Below, piece after piece: positions 11,071 through 20,734 of a DNA stretch of 61,093 bases; the first letter of the stretch is position 1; each line of letters opens with the position of its first letter. Source of the DNA: a virus (taxonomy: Duplodnaviria > Caudoviricetes). The DNA lies in IMG/VR virus record IMGVR_UViG_3300044716_000219, positions 1 through 61,093 of that record; one strand, 5' to 3'. The notes under the pieces were generated by a model. That model searched no databases, had not been told where the DNA came from, and was given only the letters and a program-made list of their open reading frames with translations. The translations under genes and the position numbers were made by a program.

Positions 11071-11703
11071 TCAAGCGAAAGGACGATAGCGAACACGCAT
11101 CGAACCACGGATTGACCCGTAGTTACCATCGATGCGAGCGGAATTGATTTGTCGTGCTACGGAGTCCATCAGTTGCTGGGCTCGAGCAAAGTTTGTAAAA
11201 GGTTGATCTGGAATCTGCATCGCACGGGCGATAGCGCCAGAGGCAACTGCATCACTCCATGTGTTAAACAGGTCGTCGTCCAGCTGAGTCGCAGTGATCG
11301 CAGGACGTAAAGTGACGGCCACCACAACGGTGTACTTGCCATCAGGTGGAGGGGACAGCTTCAGCGTAAAGACGTTGTCAGTGCGGTCAGTGTAAAAACC
11401 GCGTGGCTTCGCTTGTGCTGTGGGTAGGTCGTTGCGAATGGCTTCGAACAGACCAGCAGAGAGTTCTCTACCGTCAACCGCAACACTCATTACACGATCG
11501 ATCTCGTGGTTTGCTGTAGGCGGGTCTAGGTCATACTGGGTTACACCAGCGACAGTTTTGAATGAATCGAGGTTCTGGCGCAGAACTAACGAAGACTCAG
11601 CAAAGTCAATCGCAGAACTGACCAAAACCTGATTCACCAAAGGCTCCGAGCAGCCGGGTAAATACGGCAAGATTCTGGAATAAAAAACGCTCAGAGGTTG
11701 CAT
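11071..11703 (-). CDS. Head-tail adaptor / tail tubular-like protein
   Basis: Position after capsid; size. Confidence 0.6.
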   Translation of the reverse strand: MQPLSVFYSRILPYLPGCSEPLVNQVLVSSAIDFAESSLVLRQNLDSFKTVAGVTQYDLDPPTANHEIDRVMSVAVDGRELSAGLFEAIRNDLPTAQAKPRGFYTDRTDNVFTLKLSPPPDGKYTVVVAVTLRPAITATQLDDDLFNTWSDAVASGAIARAMQIPDQPFTNFARAQQLMDSVARQINSARIDGNYGSIRGSMRVRYRPFA

Positions 11704-11711
11704 GATGTACC

Positions 11712-11984
11712 TTATTCGGTAGCTTGTGTGAGGCCAACTTCTGGCTCACCGGTAACTTCAACAGATTCTAACAGTTGTGTTTTACTTTTGCGAGTTTTTG
11801 TTGTAGCAGCTTCGGCCACAGCCAAATTGGAATGCTCGTTAGTCAACAAGACGCCGCGATCGGTCAAAACCCAGTCTTGGTCTTCAAGACGGGCAACAAT
11901 GACGATTTCACCTTCAATGTAAACACGGATTTTATTGTTCAGGATTTCGCCACCGAGGCGTTCCATCAGTTCAAGAGCGGTCAT
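11712..11984 (-). CDS. Hypothetical protein
   Basis: GGAG SD; fits the operon. Confidence 0.7.
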   Translation of the reverse strand: MTALELMERLGGEILNNKIRVYIEGEIVIVARLEDQDWVLTDRGVLLTNEHSNLAVAEAATTKTRKSKTQLLESVEVTGEPEVGLTQATE

Positions 11985-12001
11985 ATTATCTCCAAGGTTA
12001 A

Positions 12002-12032
12002 AACAAAAAAGGGGCCCGAAGGCCCCCTCTTT
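12002..12032 (-). terminator. Rho-independent terminator after capsid gene
   Basis: GGGGCC-TTCG-GGCCCC followed by TTTTTTGTTT on minus strand. Confidence 0.85.
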
Positions 12033-12041
12033 ATACCACTA

Positions 12042-13049
12042 TCAGGTGGCTGAGCCAACAACAGCAGTTACCATGGCTTCAGGCTTAACAACCTTGCGGC
12101 CATAAACAGCCAAACCGCGGACGATGTCGCCGAAGTCAGTCTGGTTACGCAGGGGTTCTGTCTTGTTAATAGTCATCGCGAAGGAAGTGGCATGCTTAGT
12201 ACCAGCAACCATCAAACGACGGGCCTTAGCGTTGGTGACAGCGCCACCAGTAGAAGTAGCGGACAAGCCAGCGACCAATGCCTTACCTGCTTCGCCGCGT
12301 GGCAACAAGTTAGACACATAGACGCTGAAGCGATCCAACATACCGATCTTGCCGGTACGGATGGTGCTTGACTGGTCGCCAGTGAAGTACGCCTGAGCAA
12401 TGTTAGATTGCATCAAGAGGTGACGGTCAAATGGGCTGATAACCAAGAAACGGCCATCTTCAGGAACGTTCTGCTCGTCCAAAACTGTAGACATGCGAAG
12501 AATACACTTCAACACGTTTTCAGGAGTGGCTTGGTCGATAGGAGCAACGTCTGTACCCAAGTTGTAGGCAGCAGAAATTCTACCGGCAGTAGCGCCTTCG
12601 TTGGCAGCAGCAGGGCCTTCGGTCACGAAGCTGTTGAAGAACACTTCGTTTTCGATGGAGATTTTCAACTGCTTGGCAGCGTCTTCTGTGAACATGTTCA
12701 TCAAGTTCATGTCGGACTGATAGGCCAACACGTCATTGACTTGCACGCCGAAGTACTTGCCCTTGTTCACTTGCATATCTTGGAAGATAGGAGTGGGGAC
12801 TTCGTACGACAAAGACTGACCAACAGTGTAGTCAGAGATGCTGATGGAAGGAGCCAAACGAATACGGACGGTATCGCCTTGGTTCTTCAATTCGCCTTCG
12901 TAGTCAGTGTTAGTGACTTCAGACAACATGGTGTTCTGGTAGAACTTAGCCAAGAGTTTGCCTGACCACAGTGTGGGGATAAAGGCACCAGAGTAAGAAG
13001 GGTTGGTATCAAATGCACCAGAGCCCGTGACGGGGAAAACAGCAGCCAT
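12042..13049 (-). CDS. Major capsid protein
   Basis: FIPTLWSGKLL...NTDYEGE..GDTVRI pattern; AGGAGG SD; follows scaffold; terminator after. Confidence 0.9.
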   Translation of the reverse strand: MAAVFPVTGSGAFDTNPSYSGAFIPTLWSGKLLAKFYQNTMLSEVTNTDYEGELKNQGDTVRIRLAPSISISDYTVGQSLSYEVPTPIFQDMQVNKGKYFGVQVNDVLAYQSDMNLMNMFTEDAAKQLKISIENEVFFNSFVTEGPAAANEGATAGRISAAYNLGTDVAPIDQATPENVLKCILRMSTVLDEQNVPEDGRFLVISPFDRHLLMQSNIAQAYFTGDQSSTIRTGKIGMLDRFSVYVSNLLPRGEAGKALVAGLSATSTGGAVTNAKARRLMVAGTKHATSFAMTINKTEPLRNQTDFGDIVRGLAVYGRKVVKPEAMVTAVVGSAT

Positions 13050-13098
13050 TTTGGCCTCCTAAATAAAAAACAGGTTGGGTAAACGCTGCCTTCAGAAA

Positions 13099-14067
13099 TT
13101 ACGCTCGAACGCGACCTTCTCTGTAAGCGGCATCAATTTCAGCTTCAAGTTTCATTGCTTCATCGCGCTGACCTCTAGAGCTCAGTTCAACAGACTTCTG
13201 GAACATCTTCTGGACTTGTGCGTCCGTGTATGTTTTAGCCTGCGGGGAAACTGGTGCATTAGATGCAGAACGTTTCGGCTGGATTTGTTTTTCAAGTTCA
13301 GCGGCTTTATCGCTTGGTTGCTCTGCAGGGGCAATGCTCGCTTTGAACATCCCAATGTAGTGTGCAACGGCTTCGGCATCGCCATGGTTAAACGCTTCTT
13401 GTGCGACAGATTTTCGTGGTGCTCGGAGCAGAGGGTCAACCTCGTTCAGCCAGCCAATCCAACGTTCGTCGGCGTTAACTTTCTGAAAGTCTGGTACCAA
13501 ACGGTACAGACGTTGCTCGAAGGATGCCTCTGATACTTGAGAGCCGGTTGTATTAAGCTGCTCGCGCAACTTCTCATTCTCAGCCTTCATAGCGTCGAGT
13601 TCACCTCGAAACTCTGCTGCCACTTCGCGGGCAACCTTGCGTTGGACTTCAATCAAGTCCTCACCAAATGCTTGAACATCAGCATCCGTAACCAACTTCT
13701 CTACTTTCGCGGTCTTTACAGGCTCGGCTGGCTTGGTCTCTGCGGCTTTGCGGAGGTTATCCACTTGGCCTTTAAGATCACGCAAATCGGCGTGCAATCG
13801 AGGCACTTCAGCGTCGTACATGCCCTTGAGGGTCTTGTATTTCTGCTGCCATGTCTCTTCCGGTACTTCCGGTTCAGTTGGCTTTTCTGGCTTCGCTTCG
13901 GGCTGTTGTGCAACCGGTTCAGGGTTCTGGGTAGGTTCTGCGGGCTCTGCGGGCTGTGGTGCAGGTTCTTCAGGGGTTGCCTGTGGATTCTGCTGTGCAG
14001 CTAGCTGCTTTTCGATCTCTTCCAGTTCTTTTAACTGGGCTTCAACTTGCCTTGGTAACGCCATCAA
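13099..14067 (-). CDS. Capsid scaffolding protein
   Basis: Acidic P/E-rich N-terminus; coiled coil; ends AYREGRV; upstream of capsid. Confidence 0.8.
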   Translation of the reverse strand: MMALPRQVEAQLKELEEIEKQLAAQQNPQATPEEPAPQPAEPAEPTQNPEPVAQQPEAKPEKPTEPEVPEETWQQKYKTLKGMYDAEVPRLHADLRDLKGQVDNLRKAAETKPAEPVKTAKVEKLVTDADVQAFGEDLIEVQRKVAREVAAEFRGELDAMKAENEKLREQLNTTGSQVSEASFEQRLYRLVPDFQKVNADERWIGWLNEVDPLLRAPRKSVAQEAFNHGDAEAVAHYIGMFKASIAPAEQPSDKAAELEKQIQPKRSASNAPVSPQAKTYTDAQVQKMFQKSVELSSRGQRDEAMKLEAEIDAAYREGRVRA

Positions 14068-14153
14068 TATCTCCTAAAAGCTCCAACTCTGCTTAGGGCT
14101 CCTACTTCGGTCTGCCGTCCACATAATGGTTTGCTAGGACTACAAAATTCGGG

Positions 14154-14396
14154 TCATTTGACCCGGTCGAGAATCCCGGTCGATTTTTCAACCGACTCGA
14201 GAAAATCTGCTAAGACCTCTGCGCGACCTTGTAAACGGTGGATCAAAACTGAGTCTTCGGCTAGGACAAGGGCGTCTTTCGTCTGCTCAAGTTTCTTGCG
14301 GAACAAGTCCAGCAAGGCTCCGTTTTCGTCCAGCTTGCAGCGCTGTAGCGCAAACATGTGCTGGCGGTCAGGCTTTTGGCCTATAAAAATCTTCAT
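14154..14396 (-). CDS. Small head-associated protein
   Basis: Between portal and scaffold; HRLQGRA motif. Confidence 0.7.
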   Translation of the reverse strand: MKIFIGQKPDRQHMFALQRCKLDENGALLDLFRKKLEQTKDALVLAEDSVLIHRLQGRAEVLADFLESVEKSTGILDRVK

Positions 14397-14404
14397 ATGT
14401 CGTA

Positions 14405-14433
14405 TTTATACCACTGACTTTTTTAACAGTCAA
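14405..14433 (-). promoter_or_regulatory. Sigma70-like promoter for head genes
   Basis: TTGACT-17 bp-TATAAA with extended -10 TG. Confidence 0.6.
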
Positions 14434-14439
14434 CAATAT

Positions 14440-16542
14440 TTAAATTCCGTTAGGGCGTGGCGACATCATATTGCCTTCACGTCCACCTACTTGGCTACCA
14501 TCTGGGAGCATGTTCTTTGGCGCTGGGCCTGAAGTCATACCGCCACCGGGCATTCCGGGAGCCATGCCTGCATTCTGCAACTCGCCCATGATCGCTGCCA
14601 ACTGTTCTTGCAACTGAGCGATGGTCTGCTGTTGCTGCTGTACAACACTTAGCTGCTGACGATCAGGAACGATGCGGTCAATGTTGCCGCTCAGGTGTTT
14701 AGCTTGGTCGCGCAGCAACTCTGCAGTGCCATCCATACCAACGATCTGTTGTGCAACAGGGCTATTCAAAACAACCTGCAAGAACTCGTTACGGCGAACC
14801 GCTTCGGCTTCTTTAATCACGAGGCTAGATGCACCAGTCGCAACAACGTTCACGTCGCCGATCAGGTCAGGGTCTTTGCTGTAGCGCAAGTTGTCTTGGT
14901 ACAAGCGCTCGATGGCTGGCGTGATGACGTTCTTGTCGATGTTGCTGATAACCTGCTTGATACCCTTGCCAGCGTTGGAGATCAACATGGACAAGCCAGA
15001 TGATGTGCGTCCTGCGCCGGGTGTGTTCTCGCCAGTCATGTAGCGAGGGATCATTGTGTCTTCGTCAGCGCGTGCAGAGAATTTCTCAAACACGGCCATC
15101 AACTCGTTGGCATTGCTCTGGGGTTGGAAAAACGTGATTGGGGGTGAATTGTCACCGTAGTCAGAAGATGAGAACTGCCAAATCTTCCAAGGGTGCATGT
15201 CTGTGATGTCTTCGCCTGATGGCAAGCGAGAGATGTTGATACCAACCTGTGGGCCAGAGCTGATACCCATGTTGTTCGCAAGTGCGCGGCCTGATGCGTT
15301 CACCATCGCTTGTGCGTCACGGCACAAGTCAGTCACGCCTTTACCGTCTACTGAACCGGGCAGGTTCTCATAGCTTGTGAGGTAATAAGGCTTACGACCA
15401 AGCGGGTCGTAGTTAAGAACAGCACGAATGACGGTGCTACCGATGAGCCACACTTCGCATGGGTAGTTCAGTGCTGGGTCAGGAATCTCTTTAGGAGTCA
15501 GGCCCCACTCGAGCAGCAAGCTACCTTTGACAGAGTCCCACAGCTGCAGCGCGTCAATCAAGTCACCGGAAATAATTGCCTCAGTGACATACTTACCTTC
15601 AGCTTGTGCTTTCGATGCGTCAGACCACAGCCACTCTTTCATGCCCGATGTCGAGAAGTCGTTGAGCACTGTACGAATAGCGTCGTTGTTGTAACCGGGC
15701 ACATCAATCAGTGCTTGCAAGTCATCCGCTGTCATGCGGTGACGCTCGATCACATAACCATCGCCCAAGTTCCATGACCATGGAGCCCAGTACAACATGA
15801 ACGGATCAACACGCTCCCACTCGTTGCGAATCTCTTCGACGGGAACCAACTCGTTGTTCTGCCACTTCAGGGTCTTGCGTTTGCGCTTGATCGGGCCCTT
15901 CAGTACAGCGTATGGGAATGTAACGATGTCATCCAAGAATTCGTTGAACGCTTTATGCCAGCCGCCTTCTTGCAACTGGTCTTCCATCTTACGTTCCATG
16001 CGGGCTACGCGGTCTGCGGACATCTCGCGCATCTCACGCTCAGCTTCATCTTTCATCTGCACGGCCATCGTGCGCAGCTCTGAGGGACTAGGCTGCATGC
16101 CGCCTTGCTGCAAGTGAATTGCCAACTCATTCGCCAGTCGTGCCTGCAACTCCTGCATGATCTCGGGAGGCATATCTGGGTTTGGAGTCGCTGCAATTGC
16201 CCATGGCTTGTCAGAGCCAGAACCTAACAACGTGTCCCGCAACCAGCTTGTCGCTGCACGGCACTTAACTGAGGTTAGATTTATGTAGATATCTGAGCCG
16301 CCCTGCTCCTTGATCTCTTGCAATTTGTCTGGGTCATACTCACCGTTGCGCTGGCGCAGACACTGGAGCATGCGGTCTTCAAGAGTACGTTTCGCCGTAC
16401 GTGAGCTGTCCCAACGAGTGCGGACGTGCGCAGCCAAACCCTGAATAACGGGTTGATTCTGCATAGCGTCGCTACGCTTTCTTGACTCCGCCTCAAGGTC
16501 ACTTGCGCGGGCAACTGGAATGAGAGCAATACCTGTAGCCAT
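14440..16542 (-). CDS. Portal protein
   Basis: 700 aa after TerL; GRTSSGLSML...IKQVISNID pattern; Q-rich C-terminal barrel. Confidence 0.88.
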   Translation of the reverse strand: MATGIALIPVARASDLEAESRKRSDAMQNQPVIQGLAAHVRTRWDSSRTAKRTLEDRMLQCLRQRNGEYDPDKLQEIKEQGGSDIYINLTSVKCRAATSWLRDTLLGSGSDKPWAIAATPNPDMPPEIMQELQARLANELAIHLQQGGMQPSPSELRTMAVQMKDEAEREMREMSADRVARMERKMEDQLQEGGWHKAFNEFLDDIVTFPYAVLKGPIKRKRKTLKWQNNELVPVEEIRNEWERVDPFMLYWAPWSWNLGDGYVIERHRMTADDLQALIDVPGYNNDAIRTVLNDFSTSGMKEWLWSDASKAQAEGKYVTEAIISGDLIDALQLWDSVKGSLLLEWGLTPKEIPDPALNYPCEVWLIGSTVIRAVLNYDPLGRKPYYLTSYENLPGSVDGKGVTDLCRDAQAMVNASGRALANNMGISSGPQVGINISRLPSGEDITDMHPWKIWQFSSSDYGDNSPPITFFQPQSNANELMAVFEKFSARADEDTMIPRYMTGENTPGAGRTSSGLSMLISNAGKGIKQVISNIDKNVITPAIERLYQDNLRYSKDPDLIGDVNVVATGASSLVIKEAEAVRRNEFLQVVLNSPVAQQIVGMDGTAELLRDQAKHLSGNIDRIVPDRQQLSVVQQQQQTIAQLQEQLAAIMGELQNAGMAPGMPGGGMTSGPAPKNMLPDGSQVGGREGNMMSPRPNGI

Positions 16543-16566
16543 CAGTCGTCCTTAAATAGTTACCGC

Positions 16567-16594
16567 ATTGTACGCCGTCATGTCAAGCGGTCAA
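16567..16594 (-). promoter_or_regulatory. Possible sigma70 promoter for portal
   Basis: TTGACC-16 bp-TACAAT. Confidence 0.45.
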
Positions 16595-18063
16595 GTGTAT
16601 GCGTACTTAACTTTCTTCACTTCTTTCCTGCCCGAGCTGAGCGCCGCACCCCGCAAATTCATATCCATCACGGAGTCTGCGTACTGGTTCGCGTCGTGGA
16701 CGTGGGAGAACTCGTTCTTGTCCGGACGATCTTCCATCTCGCCATTCTTCTTGATCTTGTACCTATACCCGTACCGGAATCCCTTGATGAGCGAGGTGCA
16801 CGACGGATCGATCAGATACAGCGCCTTACCTTCCAGCTGCTGCATGAGCAGACGCTCCACCGCCTGAATCCTAAGCTCCGGCTTATTCGTCGGGGGCCGA
16901 ACGCACTTAAACCCTGCTTCTTTCAGAACATCAACCAGCGACATCTCGTTTTGCTGCTGTTTGGCGTAGCCGGCTGGATCAGGCGCAACTAAAAACGTAC
17001 AACCCTGCAAGTGATTCGCGATGTGCGGATTCAGTCTCGTCCGAATAAAAGTCTCGATACCCATGTTCTCCGAGACCAACTCTCCCAGTGTCACGACACG
17101 TCCGCGAGGGTCACGCTGCTTAAACACAGCTGCTGGAGTACGCCCAAAGTCAAGACCGATGATGATCGGATAGTCCGAACCACGAACCGGCTTGATGGAA
17201 TCCTTGGCCACATGGAAATCAAACGTGAAGGTCTTTTCGTACACCGGGGTACCTGAGAGCGACCTACCGTACTCCGATCTCAGATACACACGTAGCCAGT
17301 CCTCAGTCTTGCCGGGGATCAAGTTGGGATAGTACTGTTTGGGCAGGTGGTTGTAGTTGTCCGCCTCTGGATTGACACACCATTCTTGAGCGTCCTTATC
17401 CAGCAGGACTTCTTCAGGTTCTTCACCGAAGCGTTCTGTGTAGACGTCGGGTTTAAGAATCGCAGCCGGCTGTTTGTAGATCGACCAGTTGCTAGGTGGT
17501 TCTTCCATTTTGTTATGCCACCACGTATCTTCGTCCGGCATGTTGGTATCAAACAGTGCGCATGACCGTGTAGGCCCACCGTCTTTCATTGACGGATAAC
17601 GGTTCAGACGACCGAGCAGGCCATCCACAACGTCTTGGTGTAATTCTCGGGATTCGTTTCCCCAGATGAACGTCGTCTCTAGTGACAGCGCTTTTCGCAC
17701 GTCGTCTGGTGTATCCAGAGCAATGAATAGCCACTCCGATTCGACCGTGGTGCCGTCGGCTAATTTAGCCATCAGTATAAACGTCTTTTCAACGGCTTTC
17801 CATATCCCAGCCTCACCGGGGGGCAACCAATCGAACACCGTTTTCCTTGTCGTCAGCGCCAGCTGGTCAGCCGTGTTACGCACAATAACCGCTCTGGTTT
17901 TTCGAATTTTTTTCGAATTTGGCGCTTGACCCATGGCAAGACGTACGAGTTCATGTACGCAAGTCACAGATTTACCACCACCAACTGGCCCTGCCAAAAC
18001 TCGGACGTAGTTTTCGTCCAACATGAATTCACGCTGCGTTGCCGTCGGTTTGTAAACGCTCAT
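16591..18063 (-). CDS. terL: Terminase large subunit
   Basis: Walker A GPVGGGKS; nuclease GLDFG, DPAG and SHVHDANQY motifs. Confidence 0.93.
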   Translation of the reverse strand: MSVYKPTATQREFMLDENYVRVLAGPVGGGKSVTCVHELVRLAMGQAPNSKKIRKTRAVIVRNTADQLALTTRKTVFDWLPPGEAGIWKAVEKTFILMAKLADGTTVESEWLFIALDTPDDVRKALSLETTFIWGNESRELHQDVVDGLLGRLNRYPSMKDGGPTRSCALFDTNMPDEDTWWHNKMEEPPSNWSIYKQPAAILKPDVYTERFGEEPEEVLLDKDAQEWCVNPEADNYNHLPKQYYPNLIPGKTEDWLRVYLRSEYGRSLSGTPVYEKTFTFDFHVAKDSIKPVRGSDYPIIIGLDFGRTPAAVFKQRDPRGRVVTLGELVSENMGIETFIRTRLNPHIANHLQGCTFLVAPDPAGYAKQQQNEMSLVDVLKEAGFKCVRPPTNKPELRIQAVERLLMQQLEGKALYLIDPSCTSLIKGFRYGYRYKIKKNGEMEDRPDKNEFSHVHDANQYADSVMDMNLRGAALSSGRKEVKKVKYAYT

Positions 18064-18572
18064 TTAATTTCCTTAGTTTCCACATCCAATGTAACAGGCT
18101 GCATTACCGGCTGGTTTCCAAGACTGATTGTCTGCCCGCCACCAAGATCGATCGAAAGTGTAAAGCTCGGCCCCGTATTCTGCACTTTTTCTTCTTTTGG
18201 CTCCAGACCGCCGGCCTTGATGAGCGTTTTAAGAACTTCGTGCTTCTGACTGAGCGATGCATCTTTGCTTGCTGCACTGACATACACCTGATCGAGCAAG
18301 TCTGCCGCCATCCAAACTGCTTTTGCCTTGAATGTGATGCCGTTCTTCTCAAATTCCGAGCGTTTCATGGCAATTTGGAGCTGAAACCACTTCTGTTTCT
18401 CCAAAACTTGGTACTGCTCAACACTTAAACCGTGCCGAGCTGCCACGATCAGCTCATCTTCCATGCCTAGTGCTATGGATGCAACCATTTCATCGCTGAT
18501 TTGGGGGAATGAGACCGTTTTTTCGCCGTATTCCAATGGTTCGTCACCAATTTCGGGGTCAAGCTGTGACAT
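18060..18572 (-). CDS. terS: Terminase small subunit (putative)
   Basis: Directly upstream of and overlapping TerL; helical, 170 aa. Confidence 0.65.
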   Translation of the reverse strand: MSQLDPEIGDEPLEYGEKTVSFPQISDEMVASIALGMEDELIVAARHGLSVEQYQVLEKQKWFQLQIAMKRSEFEKNGITFKAKAVWMAADLLDQVYVSAASKDASLSQKHEVLKTLIKAGGLEPKEEKVQNTGPSFTLSIDLGGGQTISLGNQPVMQPVTLDVETKEIK

Positions 18573-18744
18573 TTTCGGCCTCCGCCAGTGCTTTTTCGTG
18601 CTTTTCTACGGCTACAAGGTACTTTTCTAGGGCAATTCTGACCACATCAGCGGACGAAACACCCCGTTTTTTAGCCAAATTTTGGGTTTTTTCTAGCAAA
18701 TTTACGGGGATAAACAGGTTCCAACGCTTCATTTCCGAGATCAT
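18559..18744 (-). CDS. Ribbon-helix-helix (CopG-like) DNA-binding protein
   Basis: RWNLFIP strand, then LAKKRGVSSADVVRIALEKYL; AGGAG SD before ATG 18744. Confidence 0.8.
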   Translation of the reverse strand: MISEMKRWNLFIPVNLLEKTQNLAKKRGVSSADVVRIALEKYLVAVEKHEKALAEAENVTA

Positions 18745-18760
18745 TTTGGGCTCCTTTGAG

Positions 18761-18780
18761 GTGTGTATACACACATTATA
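18761..18780 (-). promoter_or_regulatory. -10 box TATAAT with adjacent palindromic operator GTGTGTATACACAC
   Basis: Perfect 14-bp palindrome at 18761-18774; TATAAT at 18775-18780 on minus strand. Confidence 0.65.
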
Positions 18781-18914
18781 CGGCTTTTTTTAATTTTTTA
18801 CGTGCGTATACATACAAAAGGTGTGTATGTACTTTATTTTTTAGCCTGCTGTAAGACTGAGACGTAAGCATACACGCGGGGTGGGGGCGGGTCGGGGGGC
18901 CTCTGGGGGGTGCC

Positions 18915-18971
18915 GATTATCAAGCCAGCCTACCTTGTAGGGGCCTCGGATTATCAAGGTTGCCTACCTTG
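18915..18971 (+). repeat. Two 23-bp direct repeats GATTATCAAGnnnGCCTACCTTG
   Basis: 18915-18937 and 18949-18971; 20/23 identical. Confidence 0.9.
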
Positions 18972-18972
18972 A

Positions 18973-19490
18973 GGCGGTGATCGTACCGCTTGCATGACAA
19001 GTTCTTTTGAGTAGCACTACGGGGCTACTCCGACACTACGGGGTCGTGAACTCTAATGCATTTCTCATGTGATCTTTAAAAATTTAAGACTGTAATCCGC
19101 TAGGGTAGCGCCTAGTGTGTCGTTGGTATCAAGCTAGAACGACTGAAAGTTACGATTGTTACCCAGTCGTGCAATCCGAATATCGGGGCTAACAGGGACA
19201 AGTACAGCCATCTAATGCGTGACCATGTGTCGTGGGCGTGTGGGTGTGTCGAGGCTTGGTGCATGGAATCCTTATATTCAATGGAACACGAATGACGGGA
19301 CATAGTAGACAGTTTAGGCGGTAAGAATCCGACTTAGGCTGAGGTCACACGGAAAAGTCTATCTGTGTGCAGTACCGCCGACTAACGGGCGTGTGAGGCA
19401 CTATCAATAAGAAACCCGAGCCGAGAACAGAAATCGGGTGCTAAGCCCTGCGAGGGCTTCATTATGTATTCACTCCGAGTACATAACCAA
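18973..19490 (+). ncRNA. Candidate structured early leader/ncRNA
   Basis: About 500 nt without a credible ORF; many hairpins; boxA-like site. Confidence 0.45.
19070..19085 (+). promoter_or_regulatory. rrn-type boxA-like antitermination site
   Basis: TGATCTTTAAAAATTT vs E. coli rrn TGCTCTTTAACAATTT (14/16). Confidence 0.6.
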
Positions 19491-19514
19491 GCTCAACCAA
19501 CCAAGGAAAAAATC

Positions 19515-20027
19515 ATGGAACTCGCAAAATACACTCCCGCCATCATCAATGTAACTGGCAAAACCAAGACAGATCGTCAATTATCTGTCGTCAATCAAGC
19601 CTCTGGTTATACCAAGATGGCACTCGCCAACGCCAAGGGTAAGGTCGGTCAAGCCGCCCGCAATGGTATCGCCAATGGTGGTATCCAAGCCATTGCCAAG
19701 CAAGCCGCTTTCCCAACTTGCAACTACAAGCCTGTCGGTGAATACTTCGCGGCTCAACTCGGTGAGCCTATGGTGATCTCTAATCGTGCCGCCTTCGAGT
19801 CACTCGCAGATCAATTCGAGGCTCGCATCATGAAAATCAAAATGTCCAAGACTGGTGGCTATGTCACCGATAAAAAGACTGGTGCCGAAAAAGCTGGTGC
19901 GACATTGGCTAAGGCTATGGAATTGAAAGCCATCGCCATCGAAATGGTTGCCGCCGCCGAGTACTACACCAACGAAGCCAAGGCTGAGCAAGCCAAGCAA
20001 GCTGACGCCAAAGCCCTGACTGCCTAA
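19515..20027 (+). CDS. First early protein (Ala/Lys-rich)
   Basis: AAGGA SD before ATG 19515. Confidence 0.8.
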   Translation: MELAKYTPAIINVTGKTKTDRQLSVVNQASGYTKMALANAKGKVGQAARNGIANGGIQAIAKQAAFPTCNYKPVGEYFAAQLGEPMVISNRAAFESLADQFEARIMKIKMSKTGGYVTDKKTGAEKAGATLAKAMELKAIAIEMVAAAEYYTNEAKAEQAKQADAKALTA

Positions 20028-20367
20028 TTATCCAAGGGTATGAGGCTGGATAATTCAATGGATAATTCGATTTGCCAATGAAATCAAGTAGTTAGCTCTT
20101 CGAATTATCCAATTATCCAATTATCCAAAGAAAACACACTCGTGTGTAATATGAGAAATCTTGTGACGCATAGTGTGTCGCGAGCGCATTACGCACGATC
20201 TCTAAAAACCCACACCCCCTTTCCAGCCCTTGGATAATTCGCCAAGGGTTTACCCTATGCACCTTGCAAGCCCAGTATTCATGCGGGTTTCAAGCCACAT
20301 ACACACCAATTCTAATTATCCAGAGCCTATTTATTTGGATAATTCAACACATCCACTTTGGATAATT
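20026..20367. repeat. Ten AATTATCCA/TGGATAATT iterons; putative replication origin
   Basis: Copies start at 20026, 20047, 20059, 20103, 20111, 20119, 20231, 20314, 20336 and 20359, in both orientations. Confidence 0.8.
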
Positions 20368-20575
20368 CAACATACGCATACACACAATGTATGTATACAC
20401 ACCATGCCGTCAGGTGATTAGTTGACGAGCGGGGCTACGCATACACACATAGTGTGTGCATCAGCTTGGGGGGTGGCGCTCCCTTAACCCATCAGTTCGC
20501 CTCAAGCACCATCATGTCCTGAGCATGACATTAAACGGCTCATCCCATACACATACACACCTTGGAGATACACAC

Positions 20576-20734
20576 ATGAACTCAGTCAACTTTGCCATAG
20601 GGTTTACCCTAATGTTCTGTGCCTCGCTGTTCTTTGGTATTAACGATACATCCCTATTCACACAACAAGTAGCCTTGGTGTTCTCGGGCTTCTGTCTTGC
20701 AGGTGTCGTGATCTTAATCTTGGAGGAAATGTAA
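20576..20734 (+). CDS. Small two-TM membrane protein
   Basis: GGAG SD; two hydrophobic segments. Confidence 0.65.
   Translation: MNSVNFAIGFTLMFCASLFFGINDTSLFTQQVALVFSGFCLAGVVILILEEM

Noticed and set aside
20026-20367. CRISPR array
   Set aside because: Repeats are 9 bp, in both orientations and irregularly spaced; the Cas4-like nuclease lies in the replication module
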